Of a stretch of DNA of 64,000 bases, positions 56,421 to 64,000 are shown piece after piece. Source of the DNA: Lepidodermella squamata (lineage: Eukaryota > Animalia > Gastrotricha); the NCBI GenBank assembly GCA_047495785.1, contig JBLDXI010000007.1:3906001-3970000 (forward strand), read 5' to 3'. The translations under genes were made by a program, and so were the position numbers. Under the pieces are notes generated by a model. That model did no database searches, was not told the origin of the DNA, and worked only from the letters and a program-made list of their open reading frames with translations. Each line of letters starts with the position of its first letter. Position 1 is the stretch's first letter.

Positions 56421-59400
56421 TCAGACCAATTCGCGGCCGTCGTTAAGACACAACACGCCCAGTTGAGCATGACTAGCCTCGTTGTAGGCCCGAGACGCGA
56501 CGCACGACCGATACCTCGCGTTGCCGATATCCCCCGCGTCACACGTTTTCTTGTGGTACAAATGGTAGATGCCCGGATCGACGGCTCGAACAACAAGCAG
56601 GTGACTGGCGACGAATTTGCGAAACAACGCCACGTCCTCGTAGCCCCAGCCTTTAAGCGCGAGATTCGCCGAGCCGAAACCGCCTATCGCGTCGTAGTCT
56701 GCTTTGTAGAAACACGCCATGCCGTAGCCGAAATCGCGCCACCACCCCGTTTCGTCGTGGATATTCAACCGGTCTTTCACGAGATTCGGGATCGATCGGT
56801 TCAGAAACACCGGATACACGATTTTTTCGTTGTATAGCGAGAAGACGAGGGGGAAGTAGACCCGGCGGTTCTTCTCGGCCTGTAGCCTGCAGCGATTTAC
56901 GAACAGCGGGGTGACTACTACGTCGACATCGGTCGTGAAAATAAGCGAATTCGGGTTTGACAGCCGCTGAATTCCGGTGTGGAGGCCTAAGCCGCGGGAA
57001 AAATTGCCCTTAATCGCTACAACGTCGACTTTCAACCCGGCGATTTTCGGTAATTTTTCGATTTTCTCCCGAATTTGAGCCGTCAATTTCTCGGCTGATT
57101 TCGGTGTTTTGTCGAACAGCGCGATCGTTAAGTCGTAGTTCAGCTCGGTAGGACGGCCGAGAATTTCGGCGTGGTTTTCGAGGAACAGCATTAGCTGAGG
57201 TAGGCGGTCGGGTGTTACGGCTAGTACGAAATGAACCGGCGTTTCAGTCATGCGGAATGAACTCGTGAAAGTGGATTTCGGCGGCGCGTCCGCACTCCGA
57301 ACCAGGCTGAGTTGGCCGAGGGGCCGCAGGAATGTCATTCGCCGCACTATTGTCTCATCGCCAGGTCGTTTTTCCTAGCAGGAATATACGATCAAGTTAG
57401 GGTTGATATCATGATTTGCATGAGCAAATTTTATTTGCCATAGAGAAAAGATGACCAGAGTAAGCACTCAAGGTAAAATTTCTGAATCTTCATTTTTATT
57501 CAAAGTTGACTTTCTCAAAGTTGATTTTCACCAAATTTTGCATTAGAACGCGAGTTGCTCTTTCACGTGGTATAAGATTTGAGGTGGGCAATTGCTGATC
57601 AGTCTTGATCTCTTCAAAATAAATGAAACCATAGTGAAAACGAGGTTTTTGTATCATAACAACGGTTGGGTTGCCCACCTCAAATCTTGTACCACGTGAA
57701 AGAGCAACTCGCGTTCTAATGCAAAATTTGGTGAAAAACGGAGGATATCCGTTTTGAGAAAGTCAACTTTGAATAAAAATGAAGATTTGGAAATTTTACC
57801 TTGAGTGCTTACTCTGGTCATTTTTTCTCGATGATTTTAGCCCAAATCAGCTTTTGCAAAAAAAAAATCGGAAATTATAGTTAGGAATTCTGAAATTATT
57901 CCTCTCCACAACAACCAAAACATCAGCCCTCGAGGCATTATATATATTTTTAGCTTTTAACCCGTTAATTATTTAACCCGTAAGCTAGAAGATGACCAGA
58001 GCTGAGTTGAGAATCTTGGAGGAAACGGGGCAGGCTCTCCGAACATCACGGCCTTAGCCTTGCTGCGCCACAGTCTCATCAAGCAGCGGGGGAACGAAGC
58101 AGCTTCGGATGCCTGGCGAGCGAAGTATGGCGCCACGTCAGTCTGGGACTTGGGGGCAGCCTAGGACTGACGATAAGAAAGTTAAGGCAGAATTCGCAGC
58201 CAAACACCCATGGGCAGAGGCTGAGAAGCTGCTTTCCGAGAACGTTTCTCCGGTTAGCGATACTATTATTGCACATAACATTTAAGCATCAAATAATCCG
58301 TCTGAAATTTGATTTATTATCCCAAGGCATTGTTAACCCCATGTTTTGTTTTTCAAACACGTGTAGATTGGCAGCGTTGTCGGCGGACCTCGATGCCGCC
58401 AATAATCGCGGCCATGCAAACGAGGCGAGAGCGGTCGTCGCAGAAAATTCCCTTCGGGCACTTGTCGATGGGCTTAGGCGAAACAGCGAACACCACAATG
58501 AAGCAAATTATCTCAAGTACACCGAGAAATGCCAAGTGCACGTAGCTCAAGCTGTAAATCCGTTCTAACACACTTCTGGGAAGAACAAACACATTTTTCT
58601 CCGGCATTTGGCTATGTTGAACTCACATTCGGTGGAAATCGATCGGCTGCGGCTCGTATTTCATTCGCAAAGTTTCGTTTATATGCCGGAGAGCCTCTGC
58701 CAATCAGAGTGCCAACTCCTCAAACGAACTGCAAGTGAGAGTGGACCAGGAGGAGGCTGCCAAGCTGAGAAGGGAGATGAGAAGTCCTGGTACCCCGATT
58801 GATTGTGCTTATCTTTCCCTATCAGTTCTACGTTTTAGAGTAGGCTTATTCTTAGGTTTAGTTTATCGTTATCGAATCGCTGAAAAATTGATTCTCTCAG
58901 AGTCGAATGAGGCTTAGCGGGTAGTACAAGCAGGCAGGTTCTTCTAAAGCTGGTAGTTCACAGGCTGCAAAGAAGATCGCCACTAAGGCTGCGACGACTG
59001 CTAAAGCCCTCAATACTGTTATCGAGAAGCCAATTCCAAAGGGTCTGCACTATCGGAAGACATCCGATTTGGAAACATCAACGAATACATTACGAGCAGT
59101 TCCTCGTCATGTTTTTCAATAGCCTCTTCCATGCCAGTAGTGGCTCACGAGCTATTATTGAATCCTCGAGGAATTATCACTATTTCAGCTAAAACTGAAA
59201 AATTAATGCTCTCAGAGTCGAGTAAAGGTTGGCGGGTCACTTGCGACGCTAATGATAGTATCATATTATCAAGGAGATGAAGCAGCTAAATGTATCGTTC
59301 TCGAATGCAGCAAACTATCTCATTTCAAACGGCTTTAAACGGTCAAATTTTCTATTGCAGGAGCCTAACGGGTAAGCGTCACAGGCGCAGCCCATAGGGC

Positions 59401-60554
59401 AGAGCTTGCCAACGGGTCTTCACCCACAGCGGCATCACCCTCGACAACAACCAAATAGCCAGTCTCCACTTCGAAGCCGACCTACAAGTAGTGTTCAAGA
59501 ACAGCTAGTGCCATCAATGAAGCTCATGTACGAGGCAGCAGTCGGTGAAAAAGCAGCCATTCACGTGGCACCACCATCTATGATTTCTGGACTGAATCTT
59601 AACGCACCTCTGGAAACTCGCTGTTTTGCCAAGACTCATCAGTATGGGCCCGCTTCTGTTTCACACTGAAGCATCAAATGTCCAAGCCGCAAACAAGTGT
59701 TTATATACAAGCTATTCCAAATGTTCGAGTGTACTCGAAATCGAGCATTGTTGGTAAGTTGAAGGAAACTCATAACATTTTTGTTTTCAAAACTTTTCAA
59801 ATAATAAACTTTGATTCTTCCATTTTTCCAATCTTTGCCGCTTTTCTATTGATACTATTAACCTCTCCTTCCCCTTCTTGTTCTATTATGGCATATCGAT
59901 TTTAAAAACCGTTAAATATGACAATAAATCAGGCACTTGTCGCCTCCTCTCTCCGAAAGGGGATAATTTCTTGTGAAAATTGATGATTTTTACCTTGTAA
60001 ACAAGTTCGTAATGCGTGCCATGCCGCGGCAGCTGTCGAACGAGGCCAAACATGAAAAACAACTGCCCCGTGACTTCCGAACTCGCGAGGGCGCGTTTGT
60101 TGCCCGCAGCCATCACCGCTTGGTACTCGTCCCGCTTCGAGCCATACAACCGCTCAACAACGCGTTTACCCAGCCCAGGCTCGACTAGATACGTCCACTC
60201 CGAGGTGAACATCGAAAAGCGCGGCATGTCCATTTCCGTCGAATACGATTTGCCATTCAACAATTCCGCATTTTCGGCTAGATTTTCCATAAAATTAAGG
60301 CTAGGTTTCGTCGTAGTCGGCGATGATGAGGATGCGACGGCGGCTCTTTGAGCTGCGACTACGATTTCAGCGCCCAGAGTTGCCGCCTGGTGCAGCAGCC
60401 GTTCGTTATCTGCTCGCAGGTGCTCGAGCGAGGCGGCTAGGCGAAGATTGGCCAGCCATAGGTGCAGGACCAGGGTGACTAGGAGGAGGAATGCGAGCGG
60501 CCGGGCGTAGCGAACCAGCAACTGGCCGGGTTTCAGTACGCGCCAGTCGAGCAT
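56421..60554 (-). CDS. Chondroitin sulfate N-acetylgalactosaminyltransferase-like (CHGN family); exons 60554-59994, 57374-56421
   Basis: N-terminal TM anchor plus coiled coil; KRDE..GTHYELVYK|..FLRPLG; FSRGLGL; DVD; YFPLVFS; WRDFGYGM; GWGYED. Confidence 0.88.
57443..57829. mobile_element. Foldback element with ~150-bp near-perfect inverted arms
   Basis: 57443-57590 is the near-exact reverse complement of 57671-57829, with an ~80-bp spacer. Confidence 0.85.
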
Positions 60555-61031
60555 GAACCATGAGTTTACCACATCACGATATAAATTCTAAAATTTATAA
60601 AAATATTCAAAAAAATCAATAAATCGAATATGAGGCAGAATAGTAGGATCAAATTTGTGAGACAATTTTTTTAAAAAGAATTTTCCCCATTTTCTGGAAT
60701 TTTTGAAAAAAAAATTGATCGATTTTTGAAATTTTAAAATCGAAACAAATCGACCCGATTTGCCAAAAATTTTCGTCACTCATGTCAGCAAATAAAACAA
60801 TAAATTCAGCCAATTTAATAGGGAATCAAGCAGTAATATTGGCGCAAATATTGTCCGGAAATCACCGATACAAGTCGAATTCACAACGAAATTTCTCAAA
60901 TGAAAGTCAAGTAGATTTAACGGTTATACAAGCTAGGCAACAGCGAAAGAAGGTGATGCACGTGAGTTCGATATATGCAGAAAATAAGCAGCAATTATTT
61001 TGTTTCGTTTGAACAGCTATATTTCGTCGAT

Positions 61032-61328
61032 TTATGCCAGGTTCTTATCGATGAACGCCTTGATCTTGGCTTCATCGACCAGGCCAGAGAACTGGTCAAC
61101 GATTTTGCCGCCCTTGAAGCAGCACACGGTCGGCAGGGACTCAATCTAACCGAACAAACGTGAACAGTATTTAGAAGTATTTAGGGTGCGAAAATAAAAC
61201 TGACGCCGTATTGCATAGCAACATCCTGCAGCTCATCGACATCGACCTTGGCCAACAGGATTTTGCCATTGTATTGGCCAATCACCTCCTTGATACGTGG
61301 GTCCAGCATTTTGCACGGACCGCACCAG
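61032..61328 (-). CDS. Thioredoxin, last two exons (61328-61205, 61145-61032); 5' exons presumably beyond the LINE or window edge
   Basis: WCGPCKML..LLAKVDVD..YG|IESLPTVCCFKGGKIVDQFSGL; the acceptor falls just before WCGPC. TXN2-like, but subtype is uncertain. Confidence 0.88.
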
Positions 61329-61394
61329 CTAGAAAAAAAACAAAAAATAAAGATCAAAATTGTAGCAATCAATACTTTATTCTGTGAGCTAGGG

Positions 61395-64000
61395 CATCAT
61401 CATCATCATCATCATTTTATTCGTAAATAAATATTTACAGGATTAGAAGGGCAGGCCACTTACACTAACCCGATTAGTTGTCATATAGTGTACTATTTTT
61501 TGATATTAAGTTTCCTTTACAGTATTGCAATAAATTTACACGATTAAGATTATTTTTAAATAAAGCATTCTTCGTAGTAAGAGGTAGGCTATCATCGAAG
61601 TCAAAAATATGAGGCGGTAAACGATTCCATATATTTACAATACGATTTAAGAAGTAATTTTTATATATAGGCTTCGTAGGATTTTTAAAGTTATTATTAG
61701 GGTTAAGTACATTAAATCTGAACCGATGACCACGATTATTATTTTGCACAACAATTATATTATTTTTGATGGTTGTTTGCACGGACCCGTTAATAATTTT
61801 AAATAAGAAGCAAAGGTCGTAGATAAGGCGTCGTTCTTCGAGGGATTTAATATTCAGAATATTGAGGCGCTGTATATAATTCGGCCTAGAGTAGTTAATA
61901 GTTGAGAATCCAAGAGCACGGCGAGTGAAATTAGCTTGTACTTTCTCAATAAGATCAATTATTGTTTTCAGACAGGGTGACCATACAGTTGTGCAATATT
62001 CCAATAATGGCCTAACATATACACAGTAGGCCCATTTGAGGATATGAGGAGGTTGGCCTTTCAGGGCCCTGAGAATAAGGTTAGCCCGATTGTAGGCTTT
62101 AGAAATTATATCATTGATGTGAGATTTAAAATTCAACCTATCATCAACTATCAGACCCAAATCTTTATAGCTTGAGCACTTTTTAAGAGGTGAGCCACCG
62201 AGGACGTAAGTAGAATGAGGATTTTTTGGGCCCAGGTGCAGTACGGCACACTTTTCCAGCGATAACTTTAGTTGCCAAGTTGTGATCCACTTGAATAAAT
62301 TATTGAGCGATAAAGATAGGCGTTTAGAGGCGGAGTCATCGTCACGATAGAAAAGAACGTAAAGCTTACAATCGTCAGCGAAGAGTTTGATCGAGACACC
62401 TTTCGGTAGGGAAGAGGTGAGATCATTTATATAGATAAGGAATAATAGAGGACCAAGTACCGAGCCTTGAGGTACCCCACTAGAAACAGAACTTTCACTA
62501 CTTAACGTGCCATTAACGTTAACTTGCTGAGAACGTTCGGTAAGATAAGAAGACAGCCAATTTATAAGGTTTCCGGAGACACCTAGCGATTCAAGTTTCA
62601 TAAGCAGTTTTCTGTGGCAAACAGTGTCGAAAGCTTTAGCTAGGTCAATATATACTATATCCACACAATTCGAACTTTCAATGGCGAAAGACCAGTCGAG
62701 GAAACATTCTAACATTTGCGTTGCAGTGGATTTAAGCCTCATGAAGCCATGTTGTTCAGCTGAAATAATATTATGGTAAAGAAGATAGTCTAATAAGTTA
62801 TTACGAATAATAGTTTCCAATATTCTACATGGCGTAGGAGTAAGCGAGATTGGCCTGTAATCAGCAGGATTTTTTGAGTTTCCTTTTTTTGGAATGGGCG
62901 TGACGAAGGCTTTTTTCCAAGACTTAGGAACGTGACCTTGAGACAATGAGAGGGAGAAAATATGAGTCAGAGGTTTAGCTATAGAAGAGCCTAATTTTTT
63001 GAAGAAGACAGTAGGAAGGCCATCTGGGCATATCGAATGAGAATCAGACAGGTTTAGAATAATTTCAAGAGTAGAGTCTTCGTTAAAATTCAAAGATGCG
63101 AGACAGTCATTAATACTACTCGTAAATTGAGGGGTCAAATTATCATCAAGAGTGAAGACAGAGGAGAATTGGTCATTTAGAGCCTCGGCTTTTTCGCGGT
63201 TTTCAACACATAGAACACCAGAGCTATTAAGAAGAGGAGGAATTTTTGAGTGATCGCCTAATTTAGAATTTACAAAGCTGTACATTTTAGATACATTTTT
63301 CGAAGAAATCATATTTCTCACATTATCATTTTCAAATTTTTCAACAGCAGTTTTATACTGAGAAGCAAGTAGATTGAAGGTGTTAAGAGCAGCACAATAA
63401 TTAGGTGAGCTAGTTTTTAAAGATTTCAATTTGCGCCACGCATTGAGCTTTTTATTACTAAGTTTACGGATGTTCTTTGGATATTTGAAACGTTTTTTGA
63501 TGTTTGAGCGAGGAGGAACCCATTTATCAACAAGAGATAGAAGAAAGGAATTGAATTTGATGTAAGATTTTTCAACATCATGGTCACAATCGAGGAAGAA
63601 ATCATCCCAATTTACTTCATTCAGACTTTTACCGATCTGGAGAAAGTCAGCCTTGTGAAAATTATAATTGGATATTTCAGGGGTTTTCAGCGAGTGAGGA
63701 GAAAATGAGTTCACATCGATATCAAAGAGAATAGAATAATGGTCGCTGGTGGAGAAAGGTTCAGACACACATAAATTGAAAATACTGCGACTGGAGTTTG
63801 AAAGCACAACGTCAAGAATGGATTCACTGTCTTTTTTAGTAGGTTCGAACACATGTTGTAGTAACGAATTTTTTGAAAAGCAGTCTAGAAATAGAGTTTC
63901 CATTTTATGATAAGATTTGTTCAGATTTTCCCAGTCGATTTTTGGCAAATTTAGATCGCCAACTACAAAAATCGGATGAGAGCAGTCGGATAGGTAAGAT
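61395..64000 (-). mobile_element. CR1-type non-LTR retrotransposon (APE + RT ORF), runs off the window edge
   Basis: Stop-free ORF ending at 61474: GDLN, SDH, YRPISL, QHGF, DLAKAFD, GVPQGSVLGP, FADD, RPLLEY..WSP, SLEERR; AATAAA then an (ATG)n tail at 61395-61415. Confidence 0.93.

Noticed and set aside
61248-61430. ORF ending in poly-His
   Set aside because: The His run is the LINE (CAT)n tail read on the opposite strand.

Overview
Eukaryotic (animal-type) genomic DNA, gene-dense, with short GT-AG introns (mostly ~45-70 nt). The ORF track fragments or misses most genes, so I rebuilt spliced models by hand. Genes in order: PTCD2-like exon, TWIK/K2P potassium channel, PSMG3, a six-exon Ly6/uPAR GPI protein absent from the ORF track, a three-gene HP1 cluster, conventional PKC, a ~1917-aa CCCH-DEAH-RRM-RBR protein, WBP2, cofilin/ADF, calnexin, an orphan basic/coiled-coil gene, PSMD12 with an intronic tRNA-His(GUG), CSGALNACT-like, and the 3' part of a thioredoxin gene with a CR1-type LINE in its upstream intron. 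Also present: RTE-type LINE 3' fragments, TA-flanked pogo/Tc1-like MITEs, foldback elements and tRNA-derived SINEs. Most notable: (1) a 'double HP1' (chromo-shadow-chromo-shadow) beside two canonical HP1 paralogs; (2) a multi-CCCH, degenerate-DEAH, RBR E3 ligase ending in a CaaX box (CIIL), a candidate membrane-anchored RNA-sensing ubiquitin ligase; (3) a conventional PKC with an Asp at the hydrophobic-motif phosphosite; (4) possible operon/trans-splicing signatures. All family calls come from recognising motifs by eye; no database search was run.
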